In this document: positions 19,213 through 30,000 of the stretch, piece by piece
Position numbering within the stretch: the stretch's first letter is position 1
How the letters are laid out: the number at the start of each line of letters is the position of its first letter
IMG/VR virus record: IMGVR_UViG_3300042448_000816
Location: 32,001 to 96,000 of that record
Reading direction: 5' to 3' (one strand)
DNA from: a virus
Length of the DNA stretch: 64,000 nt
Notes under the pieces: generated by a model
Databases searched by the model: none
The model's input: only the letters and a program-made list of their open reading frames with translations
What the model was told of the DNA's origin: nothing
Program-made: the position numbers and the translations under genes

Positions 19213-20371
19213 TGTCAATGTCCAAATCAACGTCTAGTGCAAATCGAAATTCTACTAGATTTGAAGTATTCGAAACTTTTACTACAGGAAGAGAGTCTTG
19301 AGACTTCACTACAGAATAACCTGTCATTCCGTATAAAGGGTTGATAGATGATACGTTTTCTAGTCTAATTGCGTCAAGAGCTACGTAATAGTCTGAGGTC
19401 GGTGTTCCGCCAGCCCCCAAAACAGATGCCCAAATTTTTACAACATTAACTGAGTTCCATGTAAAGATTGTACTTTTTACTAGCTCGTCTAGCCTTTTGG
19501 TAGCAACAACATATCTATTGGTTGAAAAGTCGTGCTGACCTTCACCAGTTCCATTAGTTAGATCAACTTGAAGCTGGGCATAACTTGTTGCTTCGCCAGC
19601 GTCGTTGTCTGCAAATTCAACTAGAACTTTTACACGAGATGGGTGAACTTCGTTTGAGGCATCTTTGCTGACAACAGAAAATGCAAGCTTTAGCTCGTCC
19701 ATTGCTGAGTTTTTGTTAAGATCAATACTTGCTGCAAGCAAATGTATGTGATTAGACCCAGAGCTGGCTACCATTTTTGATCCTGAAGGAATTGATAATG
19801 TTGACTCATCTCCAGATATAAAAATACTGTTATTAAGATATCTGCAGGACTCGTATCTTTCTAGCCTCTGAATGTCCAGCAAAGTTTTATTATCTGCATT
19901 AGTTTGAAAAACTTTAGAGTCCTGAGTAATTATTTCTGGATCTGTAGTAGCTAATGGTACGTTAATTATAGGAATTGCTGTAGCATTTGTTGCTGTGTGA
20001 TGTTCCCAATTTTCTGTTGTTGAAAAAGAATATACCATTTTGCTATCATAGGCTCCCGCTGTTGGGTTTGATGCAGCAGAGTAAACACCTATTTCTGTAA
20101 TCTCATATCTTTCAACTGTTGGCAACTCTGCAGTCAAAACAATCTTAGACGCACCGTCTTCATTTACATATCCTTTTGAGCTAATGGGAACACGAAACAT
20201 TTCAAACTCTAGATTTTTCTTTTCTAGTATAGAAGAAATTTCATTATTGTTGGGTTCGTGATCTGCTGAATTTGGTTTAGTTCCACAGCCAATAGCAATG
20301 TGTGTTGCGTATGCTGGAGCTTGACCAATAAGGTATTTGGCTAGCAAGTTTTTTCCAACGTTTGTAATCAT
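19202..20371 (-). CDS. Tail/baseplate structural protein
   Basis: MITNVGK...IAIGCG...EITEIGVY resembles fibre-attachment N-termini. Confidence 0.6.
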   Translation of the reverse strand: MITNVGKNLLAKYLIGQAPAYATHIAIGCGTKPNSADHEPNNNEISSILEKKNLEFEMFRVPISSKGYVNEDGASKIVLTAELPTVERYEITEIGVYSAASNPTAGAYDSKMVYSFSTTENWEHHTATNATAIPIINVPLATTDPEIITQDSKVFQTNADNKTLLDIQRLERYESCRYLNNSIFISGDESTLSIPSGSKMVASSGSNHIHLLAASIDLNKNSAMDELKLAFSVVSKDASNEVHPSRVKVLVEFADNDAGEATSYAQLQVDLTNGTGEGQHDFSTNRYVVATKRLDELVKSTIFTWNSVNVVKIWASVLGAGGTPTSDYYVALDAIRLENVSSINPLYGMTGYSVVKSQDSLPVVKVSNTSNLVEFRFALDVDLDIDNAS

Positions 20372-21336
20372 GAGCTATAGTCCTCCATATATATTGTAGC
20401 ATCAAAAACTTTTCCAGAAGAGACCATTTGAACCTCTATTTCGTAATCTGCCTTAATGTTAACCACATCAATTATAACATTTTCTGTAGCTGAATCAATG
20501 TATGCAACCAGGGGCGGTAGTTCATTTGTCGTTTGCTGTATGTGATTTTCTAGCTTGATTGGAAAATTCTTAAAGTACGAGTCCGCAGAATCTGGCATCT
20601 TTACCATATTTTGTGGATTATAATCAATAGCTAACTGAGAAATGTTTTTTATTGGTCTGTAGACTATGTTCTGTCCATTGACTGTATCATGTCTAACTAG
20701 ACTAATTAGCTCTAATCCCCCAATTTTTTCTAAAGTTAATTTAAGTATTAGATCAACTGGCAAGTCGTTTATATCAATTAAAACATCTGATGGCGTTGCG
20801 TACTTAACTGGCTCCCTTGCAGAAACCACTAGGGGTTTAGGCATTCTAGCAATTGCTTCTTGCCTTGCTTGCTCTGCAGCTGCTGCCGCAGCTTGCCTAT
20901 CTCTTTCTTCTTGCTCGGCTCTTTTTCTATTTGCTTCGTCTATAGCTGCCTGAGCTGCTGCATTTGCAGCTGCCTGAGCTGCTGCCTGGGCTGCTGCATT
21001 TGCTGCTGCCTGAGCTGCTGCATCTGCTGCTGCCTGAGCTGCTGCCTGGGCTGCTGCATTTGATGATGTTGTATTTGCTGCTTCCTGAGCTGCTTTGGCT
21101 GCTGTTAGCCTATTTTGAGCAGATGTCACAGCCCCGAGATAAAATTTTCTATCGCTAGAATCTTGAGTCTTTTTTGCAACGTAAGCCGCTTCTGCACGTT
21201 CTATGGATCTTTTGTTTTTTGATGCTATGGCACTGTCAAGTGCAGCTTTAAGAGATGATAAAGGGGCGTCAAATCTTCTTAATTGAGCTTGAGCATTATC
21301 AAGCATTTGCTGTGCTGCGGCAACTTCTGCACTCAT
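20368..21336 (-). CDS. Tail-region protein with Ala-rich coiled-coil N-terminus
   Basis: AAAQ/AAAN repeats followed by a globular C-terminus; located in the tail operon. Confidence 0.6.
   Translation of the reverse strand: MSAEVAAAQQMLDNAQAQLRRFDAPLSSLKAALDSAIASKNKRSIERAEAAYVAKKTQDSSDRKFYLGAVTSAQNRLTAAKAAQEAANTTSSNAAAQAAAQAAADAAAQAAANAAAQAAAQAAANAAAQAAIDEANRKRAEQEERDRQAAAAAAEQARQEAIARMPKPLVVSAREPVKYATPSDVLIDINDLPVDLILKLTLEKIGGLELISLVRHDTVNGQNIVYRPIKNISQLAIDYNPQNMVKMPDSADSYFKNFPIKLENHIQQTTNELPPLVAYIDSATENVIIDVVNIKADYEIEVQMVSSGKVFDATIYMEDYSS
20945..21062. repeat. 12-nt-period tandem repeat (AAAQ/AAAN/AAAD) containing a near-exact ~60-nt duplication
   Basis: gctgcctgagct/gctgcatttgct units; 20945-21002 nearly equals 21005-21062. 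Confidence 0.85.
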
Positions 21337-21338
21337 TT

Positions 21339-24300
21339 TTACACCTCACTCAAATATAAACTCATGCTTGGTCCAGAGCTATCTTTTTTATAATCTATGC
21401 TATAAACAACAAATCTTTTTTCTGGATCAAAAGTTACTTCATCAGAACTATCAGAATAGTCTATGGACACGATATCTCCTAGCTGTATTGTTGGGTTAGC
21501 AAAAATGCTAACGCCTACGGACCTTCTCGGTTTCATAATTTTTGATATTAACCATTTCATTAAGTTGTTAGCTGCATCAGCACTTTGTATATATATAGAG
21601 TCCAACAAAAACTGATTTCTTCCATATGTTATTCTACTAGATTTAATGTCATTATACAATTCTTTTTGTGTTCCTGGAGACAGGATGGTTAGGTCTTCTT
21701 TTAGTTGTGGATTTGAAAAGTTTGAAGTTTTTTCAAAATAATTATCAACAGTTAAATCATAGCGAGAATCTTGAGTAAATGTTATTCCTTGAATTCTTAA
21801 GTAGTTTCCAACTGTTTCATCTAAGAATAAGAATGTGTCTGTAGCGTTAAAGATTAAGAACTCTGCACCATATGCTCCAGCAAAGAATCCAGAAACCGTG
21901 TATCCACGAAGCTTGTTAAATGTTGGAGATATTGATGCGTATAAGGCTGGATAAGCCTTGTCATACTTTACATTAAAGTATGCCATCTCCCTAAAGATAC
22001 TGCCGAACTCTTCATAAAACATGTTATATTTTGGTGGCTGAGATGGGTCTATTCCAGAAAGGTATGTAGGTTGAACAATACCATTGATCGAATATTTCCT
22101 AAATGCTTCATTAGATGATATGTCAGATTTGTTTGTAAAAATTTCATTTGCAATTGGGCCCAGAGAAACGTCAGAGTTTTGACTATAGTTGTTAGTTAAA
22201 GCATAAACATTTTCAAACATGCAGTGAGACGCTCCACGAACAAACAGTGCCACATTGTTTACATTATTTAGGGGGAGTGGGTCTGGATCGTCAACTACCG
22301 CTATCTGAGTATCATTTAGGTATAAGAAAAATCTTCTAGAATTTCCTACTGGTTGATACTCTATAGCTAGATCATAAACAGTTGTCAGCTCTTCAGCCAC
22401 TACCCTTGACTGGCCAGCAAAGTTTCCATCATCAACAATAATAGAGGATAGACCGCTCCAAAGCTTAACTGGTATTCCGTCTTCATCTCTTGTCAAAACC
22501 CATTTTGAGTTTTCTGATCCTGGCGTTGTTAGCGTATAATATCCATTTTGAGAAGGATCTTTTTGTCCAATTAAAGAAACTCTTTGACCAACTTGAACAA
22601 TGGATGGTGCTATTCCTCCAGACGGCAGGATAAGTTCTCCATCCTGAGAAGCTGTTATAGTAGTAGGCGTTGCGGCACCAGGCAAGTTATTGTCTAGGGT
22701 CAGGCTTGTTGCTGTTGGCGTTGGGTCTTTTGTCGGATCTCTTAGAGGAGTCTGAATGTCATAGCTTGTGTTTTTTAATATTTTATAGAAAAATACATTA
22801 GCCACTCCGTCTAAGTCAAAGGTAGAAGGAAGCAGCGATATGTTTTCGGTCTGATTGATTCCAGTGGTGTCTTCAACTGTAAATCCAAATCCAGATATGG
22901 TTACTGCTGCTGATGTTGCCCCAGTTACGGTCCAGGTTCCGAGTGCATATGTAGGCAGATTTACAGGACTAGAGCTAGCTGGCTTTCCAGAATCAAGAAT
23001 AATTTTAGATCCGACTGGGTAGCTTTTACTTGCTGAGCTAACGTACACAACAGCAGAGTTAGAGCTAGTGGCGTTAAATCGTGTAACATTTTTTCTAACT
23101 CTAGAGCTATTTAGCTTATACTTATCTATATTTTTTTCTGATAAAGCTGCTATCTCAAAGTAGTATCCGTTGTTATTTTCTGGATTTAAAAGTGTCGCAA
23201 TTCCACCGCTTCCACCAGAAATAGTTTTATTTTCATCTGGGGTTGTGGTTTCCACATTAAAGTATGTTGTTGCTCCTGAAGCATTCTGAATTGACTTATC
23301 ATTGTTTTCAATTTTTCCGATAATTCTCATTCTTGTTCCAAAATGTTTAAAAGAATTATTTAATGGTTTATTTACGTAAGAAATAAAATCTATTGGAGAA
23401 TCTTCTGAAGAAAACGATGGTCCATTAAATACCAGGGCTGATGCCTGAACAGTTTCTGATGTAGAGGAAAGCTGATTCTTGCTAGATAGCTCTTCGTTGT
23501 GAGAAAAAGATAGATAGTTTTTTATTACGCTAGACCTTGAAGACTGAGTAGCTAAAGACTTTCCTACTCCAGCTGATCCTGTGCTAATGTCCCCAGTAAA
23601 TGCAAAATTTCCAAACAAGTAGTTTGACTTCATTTTACATCCATAAACATTGTCGTTGCTTGTCCACTCAGGGCTTAGTCCTGCAACGTGAGGCACGATC
23701 TTTGTACCAAATTGTTCTCTGCCGTGTTTAGCTACCTCACCGTTGGACATTCTGGTTATGCCATTAAAAGTTTCGTAGTTTGGCTCTGCATAAATTCTTA
23801 CACGTCCAGTTGGATAGATTTTTCCATTAAATGATAGCTTAGAGAAATAGTCTTCGTATTCTTGTGGACTTGTTATCCAAACGTTTCCTCCAGTAAAAGT
23901 AGATCCTGTTACGCTTGATGGCAAAACCGAAACGTTATACTCTACTGCATCATACCTTATAACTTCTCCAGCAGAATAAAAATATCCATTGTATCTTCCG
24001 ATAAACAAAACTCCATCTCCAAAGTCAATAATGTTATTGACAATTTCATGATTTACGACCCTAGGTATTTGATCATTCAAATCTGAGTTCAATGGAATAG
24101 CTGCTAATGCGTATTTGTTTCCAGTTGCTGTTTGTCCATTTGTAGGCTTTATATTTTCTGTTCCTGAAACTTCCCAAAGCAATGCTGGCTTGTATATCCA
24201 GGAAATATTTTTATCTGCAACAAAGGCTTGCTTTAGAGACCCCATAGATTTCTGAATGTACCTTGCTATATAACTTATCTTGCCGTCGTTAAAAACATTA

Positions 24301-26261
24301 TTGTCCTCTGAGGCTATATCTATAATATTTTCTTTATCTGGAATGTTTGTATCTTTGTTAGAGCCGAGCAACACTATATCCGTAGCTCTTTCCTGTTCCG
24401 TTGGCAAAGAGTAGTTTCGACTCATCATAACAAAATTATTATATTCATCAAAGTACATTGCTGTTTGTGTAGCTATAGCAAGATTGTTTAACACTTCTGC
24501 AATAGTCTCTTCTGGGGAAACAAAGAAATACGGAATTATTGGATCACTTTCTCCATCCACTCTTTTGAAGGAATAGTTGCTAAAACCTATGCTATCAAAA
24601 ATTGTTGCAAGTGCATAAGACAACGAAACATTTGGAATTAAAAGTTCTGGGGCCAGCTGCGACTCAAAGTAAAAGAAGAGGTCTCTTAGTGATAATCTAA
24701 GCTCTCTTGTTTTAAGATTAGTCTGAGGGAAAGATTCTGAGTATAAAGTTTTTATTGGTACATAAAAACTTTTCTTAAATCTGTTATTGTTGTTATCTAA
24801 GATTTCAACGTCTGAAATTATCTCATAAAACTTTATTTGAATATTTTTATTTATGTATTTTGATACAATACTTCCCTTTCCAGTTTTTGGGTTCCAAACG
24901 TTGTTTGGGTTAAAGGACTGGTCATAATCGAATAAGGATAAGTCTCCAGTAGATGCTAGTAATTGACCTACTGGTAAACCACTTACCCCTAGGTCCGAAG
25001 CATTTTTAGTTACTGAGTATGAGATTGTTTTTTCTGTTAGGTCAACGGCAAGTCTTGGGGAAAGTTCTATTAGATCAAAGGTTGACCCAAACTTATTCAT
25101 TGTATCTACGACAAGCCTAATTCCAGAAATAAAAATAAATTCTTCATATCCTAGTACTCCAGCTTGTGCTGTGCTATATTTTTTAGGAGTCGTAGTGTCA
25201 GTTACGAAGTTTGTTAGCTGGTCTACATTTTCATCTACCACATACCACCCATACTCTGGGGTGAATTCAAGATACCGATCGTTTTCCCAAATATAGTATT
25301 TTCCAATATCATTTGAGCTTCTTTTAACCAGGTAAGCCTGGCCGTTTTCATTATTTGGTGGAAGAATAGTTGTAGAAGCTACAACTCCATTGCTTATAAA
25401 GTTTACCCTGAATCTTTCTGGCACAATAAGCCCGTAGCCAACTTCTAGATATCCATCTGTACCGATTATTGGCTGGCCATTACTTCGAATAGAATTATTA
25501 TCAAAAGATATTGCGTCTACCCAAACATTATTTTTTAGATACTGAACCTTCCATTTTACTGGAGTTGTTTTATTCTGTTCTCCAAATAGTGGGTCTGTAA
25601 AGAATCCAGCTGGTCCAGAGAATGGCCCTAGGTCAACACTGCCTACCCCAGTTTGCATTTTTACAACAACCCTGTTTACTGGAATTTCTTCCTTGTACAC
25701 AACATAAGGAGCAACGTCTTCTATGTTATGGTTGTTATTAATAGTATTATTTGCAATTCCATACTCTTTTCCATCTTCAGTTCTATAAGAGGTCCAGTAT
25801 TTAAAGTTATCGTTTTTGTCTGGCATGTAGTATCTTGGTCTATTAAACATGTCAACATTGCTATGATGAAGATATTTTCCAGTAATTCCATACCTAAGTT
25901 TATTAATTCCAGATCTAGGTCTAAACTTACCAAAGCAATCTTCCAGGGAAAACAAAAGCTTTTCTTTTTCTTTTTTGGGTTTAAAGATAACTGGTGTTTG
26001 CCCGTCCTCTTTAAATCCTCCATCAACTAGTATGTCTGCATCGGTTGCCCCAGTGTAAAAATTTCCTACGTCTTTAGGGTCGTAGATGTTTGGAATTGAT
26101 CCGTATTTTTGAGTAACTCCTAGTAGAGGTCGGTAGCGATAGTTTCCAATATCAGCGATGTTTTCAAAAAAATTCATGTTCCATTCAGCAATGACTGCAG
26201 CACGAGATTTGATTGTTGAAGATGTTTTTAAATGATCGCCTAACTCTTTGCTGTCAAACAT
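21339..26261 (-). CDS. Large minor tail / tail-tip (hub) protein
   Basis: 1640 aa, second gene after the TMP; C-terminal NPTIQLGDIVSI...FVVYSI hub-like motif. Confidence 0.7.
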   Translation of the reverse strand: MFDSKELGDHLKTSSTIKSRAAVIAEWNMNFFENIADIGNYRYRPLLGVTQKYGSIPNIYDPKDVGNFYTGATDADILVDGGFKEDGQTPVIFKPKKEKEKLLFSLEDCFGKFRPRSGINKLRYGITGKYLHHSNVDMFNRPRYYMPDKNDNFKYWTSYRTEDGKEYGIANNTINNNHNIEDVAPYVVYKEEIPVNRVVVKMQTGVGSVDLGPFSGPAGFFTDPLFGEQNKTTPVKWKVQYLKNNVWVDAISFDNNSIRSNGQPIIGTDGYLEVGYGLIVPERFRVNFISNGVVASTTILPPNNENGQAYLVKRSSNDIGKYYIWENDRYLEFTPEYGWYVVDENVDQLTNFVTDTTTPKKYSTAQAGVLGYEEFIFISGIRLVVDTMNKFGSTFDLIELSPRLAVDLTEKTISYSVTKNASDLGVSGLPVGQLLASTGDLSLFDYDQSFNPNNVWNPKTGKGSIVSKYINKNIQIKFYEIISDVEILDNNNNRFKKSFYVPIKTLYSESFPQTNLKTRELRLSLRDLFFYFESQLAPELLIPNVSLSYALATIFDSIGFSNYSFKRVDGESDPIIPYFFVSPEETIAEVLNNLAIATQTAMYFDEYNNFVMMSRNYSLPTEQERATDIVLLGSNKDTNIPDKENIIDIASEDNNVFNDGKISYIARYIQKSMGSLKQAFVADKNISWIYKPALLWEVSGTENIKPTNGQTATGNKYALAAIPLNSDLNDQIPRVVNHEIVNNIIDFGDGVLFIGRYNGYFYSAGEVIRYDAVEYNVSVLPSSVTGSTFTGGNVWITSPQEYEDYFSKLSFNGKIYPTGRVRIYAEPNYETFNGITRMSNGEVAKHGREQFGTKIVPHVAGLSPEWTSNDNVYGCKMKSNYLFGNFAFTGDISTGSAGVGKSLATQSSRSSVIKNYLSFSHNEELSSKNQLSSTSETVQASALVFNGPSFSSEDSPIDFISYVNKPLNNSFKHFGTRMRIIGKIENNDKSIQNASGATTYFNVETTTPDENKTISGGSGGIATLLNPENNNGYYFEIAALSEKNIDKYKLNSSRVRKNVTRFNATSSNSAVVYVSSASKSYPVGSKIILDSGKPASSSPVNLPTYALGTWTVTGATSAAVTISGFGFTVEDTTGINQTENISLLPSTFDLDGVANVFFYKILKNTSYDIQTPLRDPTKDPTPTATSLTLDNNLPGAATPTTITASQDGELILPSGGIAPSIVQVGQRVSLIGQKDPSQNGYYTLTTPGSENSKWVLTRDEDGIPVKLWSGLSSIIVDDGNFAGQSRVVAEELTTVYDLAIEYQPVGNSRRFFLYLNDTQIAVVDDPDPLPLNNVNNVALFVRGASHCMFENVYALTNNYSQNSDVSLGPIANEIFTNKSDISSNEAFRKYSINGIVQPTYLSGIDPSQPPKYNMFYEEFGSIFREMAYFNVKYDKAYPALYASISPTFNKLRGYTVSGFFAGAYGAEFLIFNATDTFLFLDETVGNYLRIQGITFTQDSRYDLTVDNYFEKTSNFSNPQLKEDLTILSPGTQKELYNDIKSSRITYGRNQFLLDSIYIQSADAANNLMKWLISKIMKPRRSVGVSIFANPTIQLGDIVSIDYSDSSDEVTFDPEKRFVVYSIDYKKDSSGPSMSLYLSEV

Positions 26262-27029
26262 TTAAACCTCTTCTAGACTTACGCTAATATTCCATAAATC
26301 ATGATTAGAGCTACCACGTTTTTCAACTGAGTATGTAAAGCTAGAAATATACATTTCAATAATTTCATTGTACTGTTTTAATCTAGAATATTTTTCTGGG
26401 TCATTATTAGAAAATTCTGTATACTTATCGTAAGCAAGGTATACATAAAAAGACCCTTTGTAAGAATTGTACCAGTCTAGTATTTCTAGACCACCTGCTC
26501 CGCCGTCAGACGTAAACTGCTGATCTTTGTAGTATGGAGAGCCGCTGAATTGCTCTACAATCTTTTTTGGTGTTAGGGAATTGTTGTCGTGATCTATTTC
26601 TCTAACCAGAAGCTTGTCTGGTGTTGATGGATTCTTATCGTGGTCTACAGATTCTACTAAGCCTTCCGCTTTTCCAAACTCATTAAATCCTGGAAAGTTT
26701 GAAAAAGATCTAGATGGTAGCATAGTCCAGGATGTGGAAAGCTCTATCTTATCTGCAACATGATAAGACCTCATTCTTCCATTTATCATTCTTTCTCTTT
26801 TTTCAATCCTTAATGAATTAAATTGCAAGGAAGATCTGTTGTCATCTGATAATATTAAAAACTCACCAATTAGTTCTTCTTCTGTTGCATCTGTAGGTCT
26901 AATTTGACCAACTTCAAATCCTGAAGGAATATACAAGCCTTGCTCAGAAATACCTGGATTATTTGCCCAAAGCATAGCTTGTGGACGACCGTATTTTTTT
27001 CTATTAGTCATGTATGCATTAGTTGCCAT
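26262..27029 (-). CDS. Distal tail-like protein
   Basis: Immediately downstream of the TMP; RMINGRMRSYHVADK...W, WNISVSLEEV. Confidence 0.6.
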   Translation of the reverse strand: MATNAYMTNRKKYGRPQAMLWANNPGISEQGLYIPSGFEVGQIRPTDATEEELIGEFLILSDDNRSSLQFNSLRIEKRERMINGRMRSYHVADKIELSTSWTMLPSRSFSNFPGFNEFGKAEGLVESVDHDKNPSTPDKLLVREIDHDNNSLTPKKIVEQFSGSPYYKDQQFTSDGGAGGLEILDWYNSYKGSFYVYLAYDKYTEFSNNDPEKYSRLKQYNEIIEMYISSFTYSVEKRGSSNHDLWNISVSLEEV

Positions 27030-30000
27030 CAGAACCTATTGCTCCTTATTCTTTGAGAATCAATGTTGCGAATCTGCCCCATTACAGTTTGTGCAATTGC
27101 GTTAGGGTCTGACTGAGAAGCAACATTTACGCTCAAGTTATAATTATACACTGAACTGGAAGATATTGGGGTAACTTGACTTGATATTACAGAACCCTGG
27201 CTAATTGAAACTGGAGAAACTTGAGTATTAAAGCTTGGAGAGCTAAAGTTTTGTGCAGTAGGCCCCCCTGAGAATGATCCCGCTGAGAATGAGCCAGAGT
27301 TAATACTATCAAACAGCTTGGTTCCAAGTTCTTTGACTCTTTGAGATTTTACAACATATTCTCCTGGAGAAAGCATTGCTGGAATTGTGTCTGTGCCCCT
27401 GCTTACTAGGCCTCCATTAGCAAAGTATCTTGGCATCCATTCTGAACGATTTTGGTAGCCACCAAGGCCAGGTACGCTTTGACGATATGATGGAGTAAGA
27501 TCAGGTCTTCCTTCACGAATTAAACCATCTATCATTTCTCTATTGTAGTCTTTACCTTTTAATTGCTGGAATCCAGTTTTTGCTCTTATACCTTGACCAA
27601 TATCAAAGTGATAGATTTTCTGACCCGTTGCTCTATCGGTTGTTACTCTCACAAGCTTCATGTTTTGACCTCTTGCAAGAAGTCCATCTACTACGTTAGA
27701 AGCTGGCGTTGGAAGTATTTTATTTATGTCTTCTACACCTGGAATGTCTGACTTTACGTTAAACTTATACAATGGGTAAAGCGGTAATCCATTACCTCCA
27801 CGTCTTCCTCCAGTTTGAACAGTTCCTTTAGCCATTCCCTCTAAAAACTCTTTACTTGAAGCAGTTGTAACTGACATAAACCTATCTAGGGTAACTGACT
27901 GACCTGGTTTTAAAAGTTTTAAAATTTCAGCATCTGACTCATTGGCCACTCTAACTAGAGGAGTTCCCTTTGAAATTCCAAGACTATTAGATTTAATTAT
28001 ATTGTCAATGAAGGCTCTGTTGCGATCATAGCTACCAAACAATGTGTGTGCAGCGTTGCGAACATAGCCATCCATTGTTGCTATTTCATCTGGGTCTTTA
28101 AGAACTTGGGGATTTGGGTTACGCTTAAAGTTTATAAAGTTTTTTAATGCAGATGTATTCTTGGTTGCTTGTGTTACAGCTTTAACTCCTGTTGAAACAC
28201 CCCTTCCTCCAGGAATAAAGTTTAATGCTCCCAGTCCAAGAACCATAGCGTCTGCTGATGTAGCTTTTCCTTGACCTACATTTATTAGAGATTTTGTAAT
28301 GTCAATGCCTTCTTTTGCCATTGAAATAAGGGGAGAAATTTTTGCTCCAAAGTCTAAAGCTTTTTCAAACATAGATGGTTTAGGTGTTGCTGCTGGTGGT
28401 GGGGTGTCGTAACCTCTGCCTGATGGTTTTGCAGCTAATGCCCTTCTTTCAGCTGCATCTGCTGAAATCCTACCTACTGGTTTTGCTGGGGTAGACTTAG
28501 AAGATCTACCACCATCTCTCATCATTCCACCCATCTTAAATCCTGGAAGCTCTCCAGAGTTAATAGAGTCTAAGAATCTTTGACCAAATTTGTTTACAGA
28601 AGCAGCCTTAATTACGTATTCACCATTAGAAAGCATAGCTGGAATTGAATCGGAAGTTCCCGTTCCTGGTCCAGAAATAAGACCGCCAGCGGCGTACCTG
28701 TTTCCGTAGGGATCAAACATTGCCCCTACTCCTATTTCACCGCCCCAAGGTCCGAAAGATGGGTTCCAAACATCGGGAGGAAGGGATGAAACTGAAAGAG
28801 CTATAAGTCTGTCAGCTTCAGCTTTTGTTACTTTTGAAAGAAACTGTGCAAGTCTTCTGTCTCTTGCATCGGCACCGCCGCTATCTGCCCCAGCAGCCTT
28901 TAAGGCTCCAGCCATAACTGGGGGATGAATATTCATTTGTGCTCTAAGTCTTCTTCCGTGAGAATTTGGTTCTGGGAAGGTAATAGTAGGCTTATCAGGA
29001 ATAATTTCATCTTCTTCTTTGCCACCATCGTTATAGGTAGTTGCGGGAGGAACCGCACCGTCAGTAACAGTCTGTACTGTTAGGGTAACAACTTTACTTT
29101 GAATTCCTGCCCAAGCATCCTTTACGTCTTGAACAACTGCAAGGGCTTTATCCATATCATCTTTGTATCCAGCACTGCTTATTCTTGCTAGATCAATACC
29201 ATTTTTTATGTTTTCCCATTCAGCCTTTGTTCTTCCCAAAACTTTTTCTTCTTCGAGTTTTGCTTCTAGCTCTAGATCAGCCAGCCTGACTCTTTCTGCT
29301 GCTGGCTCCAGAGCACTCTCTTCAATTTCAAGTATTTGATTTGTAAGCTGTTCAATTCTTTCTTCTATTTCAATTCTGGATAGTCCAGCTTTTCCTCTAA
29401 TTGATTCAAGTAATGATTGTCTACCCTCGTTAAGTGCGTCAGTCTGACCTGTAAAGTATGAAGAAGCTGAGCTCTCTCTTACATCTTGAACCGCTCTTGC
29501 AGCAGCAGCAAGGTCTCCACGAGTAATTGCTTCTGCTACTGAAAGCTTGCCCTTTTCTTGGTCTAGTACTTGCTGGTTTGCCTTACGAACCCTCTCTAGT
29601 GCCTCTAGCTTTTCATCGTAGGTTTTATTAATAGCATTCTCTTGATCTTCAATACCTCTAAGATCTGCATCATAGTCATCAAGCTGGTATCTTATTGCAT
29701 CTATTTGGTTTTGAGCGTTTTCAATAATTGCTTGGTCATTAGCTATCTTGAATTCGTATTCTAGAGTTAGCTTTCTTTCTCTAACATCAAAAGATTCCAT
29801 TGCCCTGTTAAAGCCTTCTTCAAATACATCTTGAAGTCCTTCTGGGGTTAGTCTTGCAGCTTCTTCCATAGCTGCTTTAGCATTTCTAAGCTCAGCAAGC
29901 ATTGTGTTAAGCTGATCTCTAGTTACGTTTCCAGTTGCCACTGCAGAAGCTACGGCTGCGTCTTCTACGGCTTCATAGGCTTCTGCAGCAGAGAATCCAG

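Noticed and set aside
20860-21158. Cys-rich and Leu-rich plus-strand ORFs
   Set aside because: They are antisense translations of the Ala-codon tandem repeat.
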